A stretch of 64,000 nucleotides of DNA from Opitutaceae bacterium (GCA_027490995.1 JAIXWY010000015.1:59066-123065), one strand, 5' to 3'. Shown: positions 1 through 10,431, counted from the first letter of the stretch. Program-made: numbers and translations. The notes: a model not told the origin generated them from the sequence alone.

Positions 1-638
1 CAGGCCCACCAGACGCCGTCGCGTTTTTCCGCCCACGTCAGCGAGCCCAGACGGATGCCGAGGCTGGTGGACGCGACGGGGGCCAGCGTCGCGGTGTCGT
101 ACTCCTCGATCGAACTGGCCATGGGCAACTGCGGAAAATTCGAGTGGGCGAGGATGAGGCGCCCATCGACCGCGTGACCGCCGTTGAGGTGGATGATCGG
201 ACCGCCGCGGAGGCCGATCCACTCGGCGACCCGCTCGCCGGTGGACTTGCGGTGCTTCGTCACGACGAAGTTACCGATCCCGTAGAAGTGGTCGGCATCG
301 ACTGCGACGCCTTGGTTCGCGCCGCGGACCGGCCAGCGGCCCAGTTCGGTGGCCCGCAGTCCGCTGCGGTGGAGCGTCGGCTCCGGCGCGCTTGGCAGCG
401 AGCGAAGCCACGCGCGGTTCTCGGCGATGTGCGCCGCGAGCGCCGCATCGCGCTCGACCGCCGTTGCCGCGGCCGGGGCAGTCTCCGGCGCCGCTGTCGG
501 CGCCGCCGCACCCGCCGGCCCGGCGGCGAGCACGGCGAGGACCGCGGTGAGCATGGACCGGGCGGCCTGGCGGTGGACGACTGGGTGATGGGCGAGCAGG
601 CGGTGAAGGCAACGCATCGGCGAGGAAGGACGGCGCAT
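1..638 (-). CDS. hypothetical secreted protein (partial; C-terminal part lies beyond the left edge)
   Basis: Own translation of the minus strand from ATG at 638 (alternative ATG at 554) gives MRRPSSPMRCLHRLLAHHPVVHRQAARSMLTAVLAVLAAGPAGAAAP... This is followed by non-repetitive protein-like sequence (...DADHFYGIGNFVVTKHRKSTGERVAEWIGLRGGPIIHLNGGHAVDG...NFPQLPMASSIEEYDTATLAP...) with no stop down to position 1. It is missing from the ORF track only because it is open-ended. The A/L-rich stretch looks like a signal peptide. It lies 88 nt downstream of the TonB-dependent receptor on the same strand. Family not recognised. Confidence 0.5.
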   Translation of the reverse strand, partial: MRRPSSPMRCLHRLLAHHPVVHRQAARSMLTAVLAVLAAGPAGAAAPTAAPETAPAAATAVERDAALAAHIAENRAWLRSLPSAPEPTLHRSGLRATELGRWPVRGANQGVAVDADHFYGIGNFVVTKHRKSTGERVAEWIGLRGGPIIHLNGGHAVDGRLILAHSNFPQLPMASSIEEYDTATLAPVASTSLGIRLGSLTWAEKRDGVWWA

Positions 639-726
639 GAACGGCGTGCGAGTGGAGGACGGTGGCTGGCGGACAAGGGGCGGACGACGAACGGGGGGAG
701 GAACCGTCGCCGTCCGCGCGAGGAGA

Positions 727-3700
727 TCAGAACCGGCGGGTCAATTCGAAGGACCACGTCCGGCCCGGCAGCAGGTTCTGGAAGACGCCGGGATCGTAGC
801 TGAAGCCCTCAGACGTATTCAGCGGCGGCTCCTTGTCGGTCAGGTTGACCACGCCGAGCGACACCTTGGAATTCCGCAGGAAGACCGGTGCCTCGGCGCC
901 GAAGCTGTAGCCAACGGTCAGGTTGAAGGTGACGACAGGATCGATCACCCGGCGGTACACGGTTTGGCTCCCGGTGAAGAACGGTGTGATGTAGCTGGGT
1001 CGTCCGAGGGACTCATAGATCGCGGCGGTGGTGGTGGCTCCGGAGTCGTGGGTTTCGCCCACGTAGTACGCGCCGGCCAAGGCGGACCATGCGCTGCGGC
1101 GCCAGGCGACGGTGGTCGTGCCGCGCCAGCGCGCGGCACCACCGGCGTAGAGGCCGTTGCTCAGGACGGGGGGCAGGTTTGCCGGGGCAAGGGTGGACTC
1201 GGACTTGGAGAGGCGGGACCACTCGGTGTTCAGGACCACGTTGCCGAAGGAGGTTCGCGGTACGACGTAGCGAAGACCCAGATCGACGCCCGCGTGCTCG
1301 CTGGTGGAGATGTTCACGAAGGGTCGGTTGAGCGAGAAGATGCGACCGGCGGCGGCGCGAAGGGCGTCGGGCGTGGCGGCATTGGCGGTGTTGTACGTCG
1401 CGAAGATCGCCGCGTCTTCCGGCGTCAGCGCGTAGCGTACGACATCCGGGTCGCCCTTGTAGGCGGGCGTGCCGCTGCCGAGGTCGATCGTGGAGATGGC
1501 CTTTCCAGCGGCGAGCTGCGAGCGCGTGTACGCGATGAGCAGGGCGGTGTCGCTGTCGCGGATCTGGGCGACGCTGCGCTGGCCGAGCAGATTTTCGCGG
1601 CTGATCTGCCACCAGTCGGCGGTGACGCTCAGGCCCTTGACCGCCGGGACGTCGATGACGGTCCCGTAGGTGAAGCCCTCGGATTCCTGCGCCTTGAGGT
1701 TCGGATTGCCGCCGAAGTAAGTGCGTTGCACATACGGGCCTTCCCGCGTCACGGTGTTGCGGTAGTTGTCGGGGTCGCCGGCGCCGGCGGAGATCGACCA
1801 CCGCGGGCTGGTGAACAGGGCGGCGAGGCTCGGGGCCATGAAGCCCTCGTTGTAGGAACCGCGGAGCATGACGGCGGGGACGGGGCGCCAGTTGAGACCG
1901 ACCTTCGGCTTGGTGGTGTCGCCGAAGTCGCTGTAGCGCTCGTAGCGGCCGGAAGCGGTGAGCTCGACGGAGTGCAGCAGCGGCAGGGACTGGTTCGGGG
2001 CGAGGAGCGGCACCACCAACTCGGCGTACACGCTGGAGATGCGGCGTTGGCCGATGACGTCGGGGCGCGGCGGATGGAGGAGGAAGTCGTTGTTCAGCGG
2101 ATCGAGACCGGAGCCGGCGGGGTTTTCGCCGCTGAACGGAGGACGCAGATCATCGAGTGTCTCGCGGCGGTACTCGGCGCCGGCGGCGGTGCGGATCGGA
2201 CCGGCCCAGGCATCGAGCAGCGTACCAGCAGTGCGGACATCGCCGCTTGTGATGGAGCTGGTGGCGTTGCGCACGTAGACCTCTGAGAACGCGTCCACGA
2301 CGGCCTGCGGATTCGTGTACGGACGATCGGCGACCACGGCATTGTCCTGCACCTTGAAGGTGTAGCCGAACGGATTGTAGGCGTTGGCGTCCGTGCGTTG
2401 GAGAACCTGCTGGAGGCGACTTTCGCGCACATCCGGGAAGGCCTCATCCGAGCCCTTCACGCGATTGTAGAAGGCCGAGCTCTCCCACGACCACGAGCCC
2501 CCGAGGCGTCCCTTGAGTCCGGCGGCGAGGCGGATGACATCGGCGCGCGTGTCGACGGACTCGGCGGCGAGACCGGCGAGGGTCATGGCGGTGAAGCTGA
2601 CGGTCCGGGGGGCGCCGGTGAGGCGCGGGGAGCCGTCGGTGTGGGGGGCGCCGGTGGCGGAGTAGAAGCGGGAGCCGTAGGGATTGTACGGATTATCGAT
2701 GGCCATGACCATGAGTTGGTCGGAGGTCGGAGCGTTCAGCGCGAGTGGTTGGCGCCGCATCGTCGACAAGGCGGTGTAGTACGACACGTCGGCGAAGGCG
2801 GTGATCCGCTCGTTGACATCGAACTCGCCGGAGACGAACGCATTGCTGCGGCGCGTGCGCGGGGCGGCCATGCCGAACTGGTTCAGGTCGAGGAAGAACT
2901 CCGGATTGGCGGTGCGTGTTGGGGCGACGGACGTCAGAGCGGGTGTGCCGTTGACTGGCCGGAAGTAATTGGCGGCGGTGCCGGTGCCGATGCGGAAGGT
3001 CGGCCAGTAGCCGCGGGCCGAGCGCGCGTCGAAGGGCCCGCCGGCAACGTTGAACGGCGGCTCAGCGCGCGACGAGCTGTCGGCGAAGCGGCTGAAATCG
3101 CGTTCGGTGAGGAAGATGGCATCGCGGTACAGCGCCTCGATCGTGCCGAAGATCCGTCCGCGACCGCCCTCGAGGCTGGTCCCGAACGTGAAGGAGCCCT
3201 GCAGGCTCTCGCCGCCGCCGTGTTCCGGCGCGCCGATCCGCATGGAGGCCTCGCTGCCGTCGAACTGGCGACGCAGGACGTAATTGATCACGCCGCCGAC
3301 GGCATCGGAGCCGTAGATGGACGACGCGCCGTCGCGCAGCACCTCGATGCGCTCGATGCCGCGCGTCGGCAGCTGATTCACATTCACCGCCTGCGAGAGG
3401 CCGGCGGTCATGGGATTCACGGCCATGCGGCGGCCATTCACGAGGATGAGCGTGGCGGTGGCGCCCATGTTCCGCAGATTGATGTTGGCGTTGTCGCCGC
3501 GCGCGCCGGAGGAGCCGAGGCGCGTTTCGTTTTCCGGCAGGTTCACCACCGAAGGAAGTGAAGTTAGCAGGTCCGCCGGCAGCACGGCGCCGCGGGCGGT
3601 GATGGCGTCTTGGTCGACGATCGAGACCGGCACGACCTTCTCAAGGTCGAGGCGCTCGATGTTGGAGCCCGTGACGACGAAACGCTGGAGCGAGATGGCC

Positions 3701-3879
3701 TCGTCTTTCGCCGCCGCCGCACTTGCGGCGGTGGTCGACGGATTCGTACGTTGCGCGGGAGCCACTTGCGCCACCGCTGACAGCAGCGGGGCGGCGAGCA
3801 AGGCGAGGGCGAGGGAGCCGGGGCCGACGAGGCGGCGAGGCAGGTCTGGAGTGCGCGGAGGCGCGGAACGGTAGGTCAT
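727..3879 (-). CDS. TonB-dependent receptor (outer-membrane transporter)
   Basis: ORF 727..3948. Plug-domain motifs are present: VVTGSNIERLDLEKV, LLTSLPSVVNL, NINLRNMGATATLILVNGRRM, IERIEVLRDGASSIYGSDAVGGVINYV. A long beta-barrel region ends in ...WSFELTRRF (aromatic C-terminus). Start trimmed to the ATG at 3879 (MTYRSAPP...LALALLAAPLLSAVAQ, signal peptide). Confidence 0.9.
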   Translation of the reverse strand: MTYRSAPPRTPDLPRRLVGPGSLALALLAAPLLSAVAQVAPAQRTNPSTTAASAAAAKDEAISLQRFVVTGSNIERLDLEKVVPVSIVDQDAITARGAVLPADLLTSLPSVVNLPENETRLGSSGARGDNANINLRNMGATATLILVNGRRMAVNPMTAGLSQAVNVNQLPTRGIERIEVLRDGASSIYGSDAVGGVINYVLRRQFDGSEASMRIGAPEHGGGESLQGSFTFGTSLEGGRGRIFGTIEALYRDAIFLTERDFSRFADSSSRAEPPFNVAGGPFDARSARGYWPTFRIGTGTAANYFRPVNGTPALTSVAPTRTANPEFFLDLNQFGMAAPRTRRSNAFVSGEFDVNERITAFADVSYYTALSTMRRQPLALNAPTSDQLMVMAIDNPYNPYGSRFYSATGAPHTDGSPRLTGAPRTVSFTAMTLAGLAAESVDTRADVIRLAAGLKGRLGGSWSWESSAFYNRVKGSDEAFPDVRESRLQQVLQRTDANAYNPFGYTFKVQDNAVVADRPYTNPQAVVDAFSEVYVRNATSSITSGDVRTAGTLLDAWAGPIRTAAGAEYRRETLDDLRPPFSGENPAGSGLDPLNNDFLLHPPRPDVIGQRRISSVYAELVVPLLAPNQSLPLLHSVELTASGRYERYSDFGDTTKPKVGLNWRPVPAVMLRGSYNEGFMAPSLAALFTSPRWSISAGAGDPDNYRNTVTREGPYVQRTYFGGNPNLKAQESEGFTYGTVIDVPAVKGLSVTADWWQISRENLLGQRSVAQIRDSDTALLIAYTRSQLAAGKAISTIDLGSGTPAYKGDPDVVRYALTPEDAAIFATYNTANAATPDALRAAAGRIFSLNRPFVNISTSEHAGVDLGLRYVVPRTSFGNVVLNTEWSRLSKSESTLAPANLPPVLSNGLYAGGAARWRGTTTVAWRRSAWSALAGAYYVGETHDSGATTTAAIYESLGRPSYITPFFTGSQTVYRRVIDPVVTFNLTVGYSFGAEAPVFLRNSKVSLGVVNLTDKEPPLNTSEGFSYDPGVFQNLLPGRTWSFELTRRF

Positions 3880-4052
3880 CGGAATGAGGCCGAGGACCTT
3901 GCCTGCGTGATGTGACGTGCCTGGGGCGGGCGCGTCACGGTGCCGCAACAGCTGCGGCGAAATGTGCCGTTACGGCGTCAGCGTGCGGGGGCGAGCAGGC
4001 GCGCGACCCAGCGACGCCGGACTTTTTGGCCGCGTCGGGTGCAGTGGGGGCG

Positions 4053-5612
4053 TCAGCGCGCCGGAGCGAGCGTCAGCAGCGCATCGGGGCCGAGGGGCCA
4101 GCCGAGGGCGATCCAGAGGATGAGTAGGGTGAGCCAGACGACGAGGAACGCCGCGGAGTACGGGAGCATCGTGGCGATCATGGTGCCGATGCCCGCGGCG
4201 GGCATGTGGCGTTGCGCGTAGCTGAGCGCGAGTGGGAACATGCCCATCAAGGGCGTGATGATGTTGGTGACGCTGTCGCCGACGCGGAACGCCGCCTGGG
4301 TGAGTTCCGGGCTGTAGCCCAGCAGCATGAACATCGGCACGAAGATTGGCGCGAGCAGGGTCCACTTGGCGGAGGCGCTGGCGATCAGCAGGTTCACCGT
4401 ACCGGTGAAGAGAACGAGGGCGATCATCAGGAGGATGGGCTGATCCTGCAGGCCGAGGCCGCGGATCGCTCCGGCGCCTTGGACGGCGATGATGGTGCCG
4501 AGGTTGGTCCAGTTGAAGAACGCAATGAACTGCGAGGCGAAGAATGCCATCACGAGGTACGAAGCCATCGTCGCCATCGCAGAGTTCATGCCCTTCGCGA
4601 CATCGTGATCGCTGCGCACGGTGCCGGCGGCCACGCCGTAGGCGAGGCCCGCGACGAACCCGGAGAGGAAGATGAAGGCGGTAAGGCCGCGGATGAAGAA
4701 ACTCTGAAAGAAGTCAGCGGGATTGCTCGGATCACGCAGGAAACCCTGCCCGGCTCCGCCCACCGGCAGGCAGCCCCAGACCGTGATCGCCGCGAGCGCA
4801 AGCGAGGCCACCGTCGCCGCGATCAATCCGCGCCGTTCCGCCGCGCTCAATGGCGTAAGGGGCTCCCGCGGGCTTGAGCCCTCATAGCGACCCAGGCGCG
4901 GCTCGACGATACGGTCCGAGACCCACCAACCCACGCCGGTGACGAGGAACGTCGAGGCGGCCATGAAGTAGTAGTTGGCAAAGGCCGTCACGCGGATACC
5001 GGGCTGAATGATCTGCGCGGCCACCTCGCTGATGCCGGAAAGCAGCACGTCAATGGTGCCGAGCAGGAGGTTGGCGGAGAATCCGCCGCTGACGCCGGCG
5101 AAGGCCGCCGCGAGGCCGGCCAGCGGGTGGCGACCCACCGCGTGGAAAACCCCGGCCGCGAGCGGCAGCAGAAGCACGTAGCCGACGTCGCCGCCGACAT
5201 TCGACATCACGCCGGCAAACACGACCATCGGCGTGAGTAGGCGCGCCGGCGAGGACAGGACGATCAGGCGCAACGCGGCGCCGATGAGCCCGGTGTATTC
5301 GGCGACCGCGATGCCGAGGAGGCAGACGATCACGGTGCCGAGCGGGGGGAAGTTGATGAAATTTCCGATCACCCCCACCAAGATGCGGTGCAGGCCGTCG
5401 ATGGAAAAGAGGTTCACCACGGCAACCGTCTTGCCTGTCGTGGGATGCGTCGCCGAAACGCCGGCCTCGGCCAACGGCCAAGAGAGGAGGACAACCGCAG
5501 TGGCGAGCAGCGCGAAGAGCGTGGCGGGGTTGGGAAGGCGGTTGCCGACGCGCTCCACCGCGTCGAGCACGCGCTGCAGGCGCGTGGAGGAAGAACTTGG
5601 GGTCGGGGCCAT
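4053..5612 (-). CDS. AbgT family transporter (p-aminobenzoyl-glutamate / antimetabolite transporter family)
   Basis: ORF 4053..5645. Polytopic membrane protein whose N-terminus (...RLQRVLDAVERVGNRLPNPATLFALLATAVVLLSW...) and overall length (~520 aa) are typical of AbgT/MtrF/YdaH. Start trimmed to the ATG at 5612 (MAPTPSSS). Confidence 0.8.
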   Translation of the reverse strand: MAPTPSSSSTRLQRVLDAVERVGNRLPNPATLFALLATAVVLLSWPLAEAGVSATHPTTGKTVAVVNLFSIDGLHRILVGVIGNFINFPPLGTVIVCLLGIAVAEYTGLIGAALRLIVLSSPARLLTPMVVFAGVMSNVGGDVGYVLLLPLAAGVFHAVGRHPLAGLAAAFAGVSGGFSANLLLGTIDVLLSGISEVAAQIIQPGIRVTAFANYYFMAASTFLVTGVGWWVSDRIVEPRLGRYEGSSPREPLTPLSAAERRGLIAATVASLALAAITVWGCLPVGGAGQGFLRDPSNPADFFQSFFIRGLTAFIFLSGFVAGLAYGVAAGTVRSDHDVAKGMNSAMATMASYLVMAFFASQFIAFFNWTNLGTIIAVQGAGAIRGLGLQDQPILLMIALVLFTGTVNLLIASASAKWTLLAPIFVPMFMLLGYSPELTQAAFRVGDSVTNIITPLMGMFPLALSYAQRHMPAAGIGTMIATMLPYSAAFLVVWLTLLILWIALGWPLGPDALLTLAPAR

Positions 5613-5833
5613 GACCCAGCGAATGAGCACCCGTCCGGGACGCAAGCCTCCGGCGCGGCGCGGGTGCAGTACGGTGCGGCGGGCGGGGGAGGTTAAGGGT
5701 GATCAGCCCGTGAGCGAAACCGGCGCCGGGTGGCGCGGACCGGAATCGAACCGCCTCACGCGGCTCCGTTTGTCTTGCCGTGCGGGATCGGGTGCGGTGC
5801 ATTTTCGTCCCCCGTCATCCCCCTTTTCCCCGT

Positions 5834-8599
5834 ATGACTGCTCCGCTCCGCTCCTTCGTCCGTTCACTCCTCCGTCCGTCGCGTCGCCTCGCGCCCCTCT
5901 GGGTCGCGGCGGGTTGCCTCGGTGCCGGAACGCTGTTGGCCCAGCCCGCCCCGGCAACCAAGCCGACCGCGGCCGCCCCGGCGGAAAAGGATCCGGAGAT
6001 CGTGACGACCGACCTATTCACGCTCCCAGAGGGTCTGGAAATCACCGTGTGGGCGCACACCCCGTTGGTCCGCAATCCGACCAACATCGACTTCGACCAG
6101 CATGGCCGCCTGTGGGTCGCCGAGGGCGTCAATTACCGCAGCCACGCCCAGCGCCAGCCAGCAGGTGACCAAATCCTCATCCTCGAAGACACCGACGGCG
6201 ATGGCCGGGCGGATCGCTCCGAGCGCTTCGTCCAGGAACCCGGCTTCATCGCCCCGCTGGGGGTCGCGGTCCTCGGCGACAAGATCGTCGTCTCCCAGAC
6301 GCCCGACCTGCTGGTCTTCACCGATGTCGATGGCGACCGCCGGTTCGATCCGGCCAAGGATCGTCGCGAGGTGCTCCTGACCGGCTTCAACGGCAAGAAT
6401 CATGACCACAGCTTGCACTCGGTCACCGCCGGTCCCGATGGCCTGTGGTACTGGAACGCGGGTAACAACGGCGCGCTCTTCACCGATCGCTCCGGCAAGA
6501 CGTTCCGCGTCGGCAGCCCCTACGACCCGAGGGGCAAGGAGCCGCTGTTCAACCCGACCCTGATCGCCGGGCAGCGCAGCGACGACGGCCGCGTCTGGAT
6601 CGGCGGTTTTATGGCCCGCATGAACCCGGACGGCACGAACGTCACGATCATCGGCCACAACTTCCGCAATAGCTACGAGCAGACGATCACCTCCTTCGGG
6701 GATGTGTTCCACTCCGATAACGACGACCCGCCCGCGTGCCGCGTCAGCTTCGTGCTTGAGTACGGCAACGCCGGCTTTGCCTCGCTCGATGGCCAGCGTT
6801 CTTGGCAGGCCGACCGCCGTCCGGGTCAGGACATTCCCACGGCCCAGTGGCGGCAGGAGGATCCGGGTTCGATGCCGTCCGGCGACGTCTACGGCGGCGG
6901 TTCGCCGACCGGCGTGGCGTTCTACGAGAACGGCGCGCTCGATCCCAAGTGGAACGGCCTGCTGCTCGCCTGCGAGGCCGGAAAGAACGTGATCTTCGGT
7001 TACTTCCCTAAGCCCGAGGGCGCCGGATTCCGCCTCGACCGGATGGATTTTCTGACCTCGAACCCGATGAAGCAGTTCGCGGGTTCGGATTTCGTGCAGG
7101 GGAAGGTCAACCGCGAGCTCCGCACCTGGTTCCGCCCCTCGGATGTCACGGTGGGCCCGGATGGTGCGATCTACGTCGCCGACTGGTTCGATCCCCGCGT
7201 CGGCGGCCACGCCGACCTCGACAAGGCGACCAGTGGCACGATCTACCGGATCGCGCCAAAGGGCTTCCGTCCGAAGATACCCACGTTCGACCTCGCGACC
7301 ACCGCCGGCCAGATCGAGGCCCTGCGCAGCCCCGCGGTCAATGTCCGCAACCTCGGCTTCACGCGTCTCAAGGCGCAGGGCGAGGCGGCGGTGCCGGCGG
7401 TGGCGGCACTGCTCTCTGACTCCAATCGCTTCATCGCCGCGCGCGCGGTCTGGCTGCTCGCGCAGATGGGCCCGGCCGGCGTCGCCCGCGTGCGCCCGCT
7501 GCTGAACTCCAAGGACGACGCCCAGCGGCTGCTCGCTTTCCGCGCCCTGCGCCGCGCTGGCATCGACCTTCTTGAAAACGCCCGCCGTCTCGCGACCGAC
7601 CCGTCCCTCGCCGTGCGGCGGGAAGTGGCGGTGGTGCTGCGCGACATCCCGGCGGCCGACAGCGTGCCGCTGCTCGTGCAGTTGGCGCGCCAGTACGACG
7701 GCCAGGACCGCACCTACCTCGAAGCCTGGGGCATCGGCTGCGAAGGCAAGGCCAGCGCGGTGTACGCCGCGCTCGTTGCCGACCAGCCCGCTGACCCGAC
7801 GGCGTGGAGCGTCGCGTTCGCCCGTCTCGCCTGGCGCCTCCACCTGCCGGAGTCGGCCGCTGCGTTCCGCGCCCGGGCGCTGGCCTCGTCGCTTTCCCCG
7901 GAGCTGCGCAAGGAGGCGATGACGGCTCTCGCCTTCACTTCGTCCACCGAAGCGGTGGCGGCGATGGTGGAACTGGCAACAAGTAAGGAATTTCCGGATG
8001 CCGAAACCGCGAACTGGTGGCTGCGCAACCGTATGGGCAATCTCTGGGACCCCTTCGACGTCGGCGGCGCGATGGAGGCCCGCGGCCTGCCGAACCCGGA
8101 AAAAGCGACGCTCACGTCGTCGATCATCCCGGAACCTCCCGCCACGGCCACGCCCGGACTCAGCGTGCCTGAGGTGCTCGCGCTGTCCGGCGACGCCGCG
8201 CGCGGTAAGGATACGGTCGCGGCCTGTTACCTTTGTCACAAGATCGGCCGCGTGGGAAATGACTTCGGGCCGAACCTAACCGTGTTTGGCCGCCAGCAGC
8301 CGCGTGAGGTGATTGCCCAAGCGATTCTTTATCCCTCGGCCGACATCTCGCATGGCTTCGATGGCAGCCGGATCGAGACCCACGATGGCGTGGTGATCGA
8401 CGGGATGATTCTCTCCCAGCGCAGCCCGATCATCGTGCGCATGATGGGTGGAACGACGCAGCAGATCTGGCGCAAGCGGATCAAGTCGATCACACGCCAT
8501 GAGCGTTCGCTGATGTTCACGCCGCAGCAACTCGGCCTGACCCCGCAGTCGGTTGCCGACATCATCGCCTTCATGCAGTCGGACCTGATCGAGCGCTGA
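5834..8599 (+). CDS. PVC-type heme-binding protein: membrane-bound dehydrogenase-like beta-propeller + HEAT repeats + C-terminal cytochrome c domain
   Basis: ORF 5780..8599. Signal peptide after the ATG at 5834 (MTAPLRSFVRSLL...LGAGTLLAQPAPA). N-terminal region resembles glucose/sorbosone dehydrogenase (LPEGLEITVWA...NIDFDQHGRLWVAEG). Central region has HEAT-like repeats (AVNVRNLGFTRLKAQGEAAVPAVAALL...). CxxCH heme motif CYLCH at 8225..8239. Confidence 0.8.
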   Translation: MTAPLRSFVRSLLRPSRRLAPLWVAAGCLGAGTLLAQPAPATKPTAAAPAEKDPEIVTTDLFTLPEGLEITVWAHTPLVRNPTNIDFDQHGRLWVAEGVNYRSHAQRQPAGDQILILEDTDGDGRADRSERFVQEPGFIAPLGVAVLGDKIVVSQTPDLLVFTDVDGDRRFDPAKDRREVLLTGFNGKNHDHSLHSVTAGPDGLWYWNAGNNGALFTDRSGKTFRVGSPYDPRGKEPLFNPTLIAGQRSDDGRVWIGGFMARMNPDGTNVTIIGHNFRNSYEQTITSFGDVFHSDNDDPPACRVSFVLEYGNAGFASLDGQRSWQADRRPGQDIPTAQWRQEDPGSMPSGDVYGGGSPTGVAFYENGALDPKWNGLLLACEAGKNVIFGYFPKPEGAGFRLDRMDFLTSNPMKQFAGSDFVQGKVNRELRTWFRPSDVTVGPDGAIYVADWFDPRVGGHADLDKATSGTIYRIAPKGFRPKIPTFDLATTAGQIEALRSPAVNVRNLGFTRLKAQGEAAVPAVAALLSDSNRFIAARAVWLLAQMGPAGVARVRPLLNSKDDAQRLLAFRALRRAGIDLLENARRLATDPSLAVRREVAVVLRDIPAADSVPLLVQLARQYDGQDRTYLEAWGIGCEGKASAVYAALVADQPADPTAWSVAFARLAWRLHLPESAAAFRARALASSLSPELRKEAMTALAFTSSTEAVAAMVELATSKEFPDAETANWWLRNRMGNLWDPFDVGGAMEARGLPNPEKATLTSSIIPEPPATATPGLSVPEVLALSGDAARGKDTVAACYLCHKIGRVGNDFGPNLTVFGRQQPREVIAQAILYPSADISHGFDGSRIETHDGVVIDGMILSQRSPIIVRMMGGTTQQIWRKRIKSITRHERSLMFTPQQLGLTPQSVADIIAFMQSDLIER

Positions 8600-8797
8600 G
8601 CGGGGCGAGCGTTTCGAGAAAAACGCAGCGCTCAGCACCTCCGCCCGGCGCACGCCGGGCGGAGGAGACCGCATCTCGGGACGCGCCGGCGGCTCTCGCG
8701 GAGTCGCTCGGCGCCGGTCCCGGAGCCCTCTGGGTGCTCGGGCGGCTGCGGCTGATCCGCCGCAAGCCTGCTCCCGGCTGAGGGTCGTCGCCGCCGT

Positions 8798-10066
8798 TCA
8801 GGGCGTGTAGTAGGAGCCCATCGCGGCGACGATCGCGGCGCGGGCGGCCGCGGGGTCAATCACGCCGTTGTGGCGCCAGAGGATCTTGCCTCCCGGGGCG
8901 ACTAAGATCGTGTGCGGCACCGGACCGGGCCACTCGGGGTCGAGCACCGCGGCAAGGCGATCCTGCGAGCCTTCCGTGGTGAGGTAGTGGTTCGTGCGCC
9001 GGCCTTCGCGTTCAACGGACTTCTGGCGCCGCGTGCTGAGACCGGCGCCCTGCTTCTGGAGGAAGGCCTGCGCTCGCGCGAGATCCTTGGGGTCGTCGAG
9101 GCTGACGCTGATGAAGTCGAACTCGCGCATGTCGTACTGGCGCGCGATTTCGACGAGGTCGGGGAATTCTTCGACGCACGGGGCGCACCACGTCGCCCAG
9201 ACGTTGATGAGGCGGTGCTTGCTGGTCGGGTTGGCGCGGAGCGCGGCGAGTCCGTCGGCGTCGATCTTCTCCACGGTCACGGGCGTCCTATCCCACGCCG
9301 CGGCCGCGGCGACGTGACCGGCGCGCTTCTCACGCCACTTGGTCGAGCAGCCGTGCGGCTTGGTGCGCTCCACCGGCACCGGGCGACCGTCGAGGAGGGC
9401 TAGGATGGCATTGCGGGCGTCGGGATGGCGGATGGTCGACTCGTCGACAAAGCGGGAGTCGTCGAAGCGGCCGGCATAGCGCAGGCGCCGTTCTTTATCG
9501 AAGATGAAGACGTGTGGCGTCGCGAGGCAGCCATAGGCGCGCGCAACTTGCTGGGTTTCGCCGTCGTACAGGTACGGGAAATCCCAGCCGTTCTTCGCCG
9601 CATAGGGCTTCATGTCCTCGAAGGAGTCGTTGAACTCACCGTAACCGAGTTCGTCGATGCTGAGCCCCTCTGGATGGTTGGGGTTGATCGCCACCAGCGC
9701 GAAGCTGCGGGAACGGAGTTCGTTGCGCAGGGCCTGGAGGCGGCGCTCGATCGCGTGGGAGGTCGGACAATGGTTGGAGGTAAACAGCACCATGAGCACG
9801 TCCGGCCCGGCGAAGTCGCTGAGTTTCCACGTGCGGCCATCGATCCCCGGCAGCGCAAAGTCCGGAGCAGCGTCGCCGATTTGCAGCGTGCGCAGCGAGG
9901 GCGGGTGACCCGACGCATCGAGCTTCTCCAGTGCCGGCGAGGAGGCCGATGCGCTGGCGGTGGCGGCTCCGAGAGGAGTAGAGACGGCGCCGACGGTCAG
10001 GGCGAGAGAGGCGAGGACGGCCGCGCGGCGGAGGAGGGTGAGTCGGATCAAGGGCATGGGAAGCAT
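8798..10066 (-). CDS. secreted two-domain thioredoxin-fold (redoxin/TlpA-like) protein
   Basis: ORF 8798..10393, trimmed to the ATG at 10066 (MLPMPLIRLTLLRRAAVLASLALTVGA, signal peptide). The N-terminal AhpC/TSA-like domain carries CPTS (VLFTSNHCPTSH; codons 9758..9769). The C-terminal domain carries the canonical WCAPC (NVWATWCAPCVEEFPDL). Confidence 0.8.
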   Translation of the reverse strand: MLPMPLIRLTLLRRAAVLASLALTVGAVSTPLGAATASASASSPALEKLDASGHPPSLRTLQIGDAAPDFALPGIDGRTWKLSDFAGPDVLMVLFTSNHCPTSHAIERRLQALRNELRSRSFALVAINPNHPEGLSIDELGYGEFNDSFEDMKPYAAKNGWDFPYLYDGETQQVARAYGCLATPHVFIFDKERRLRYAGRFDDSRFVDESTIRHPDARNAILALLDGRPVPVERTKPHGCSTKWREKRAGHVAAAAAWDRTPVTVEKIDADGLAALRANPTSKHRLINVWATWCAPCVEEFPDLVEIARQYDMREFDFISVSLDDPKDLARAQAFLQKQGAGLSTRRQKSVEREGRRTNHYLTTEGSQDRLAAVLDPEWPGPVPHTILVAPGGKILWRHNGVIDPAAARAAIVAAMGSYYTP

Positions 10067-10431
10067 GAGGGGAGTTCGGAAGGTGGGGCGGACGGGAGGA
10101 ACGAGGTTAGGGAGCTGACGCCTAGGCGCTGGGTTGATGGTCGAGGGAGCGTGAGGTGGGTCGAAACGGGGCGGAGCGGGAGAGTTGCAGGGTGCGTGTG
10201 GCGGCTGGACTCGTCGGCGTGGTAGGAGCCGGTGCCGTGCGCGCGCGCCGGGGTGGGGGGCAGTCCTGCGGTGGGCAGCGTGGCAGGTCGAAAAGGGGTC
10301 TGCGCGGACCGTACCGCGACTTACCTCGGAGGCAAGTGGATCGCGGTGGTTCGGATCCCGGCTGGCGGCGGGGCTGTGGCTACGGTTGCGCAACGAGTTG
10401 CGTAAGTCGATTTATGCGTATCTCATTGGAA

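Noticed and set aside
3880-4052. Possible cobalamin or other riboswitch in the leader of the TonB-dependent receptor
   Set aside because: I read the minus-strand leader and found only short generic hairpins (GCCGCAG...TTGCGGC, GTGACG...CGTCAC). There is no B12-box-like core, and the region is only ~170 nt and shared with the AbgT 3' end.
6014-8239. 741-aa ORF on the minus strand
   Set aside because: It is entirely antisense to the well-supported heme-binding dehydrogenase/HEAT gene. The product is Arg/Ala/Gly-rich with no recognisable motifs. This is a typical shadow ORF of high-GC DNA, where stop codons are rare.
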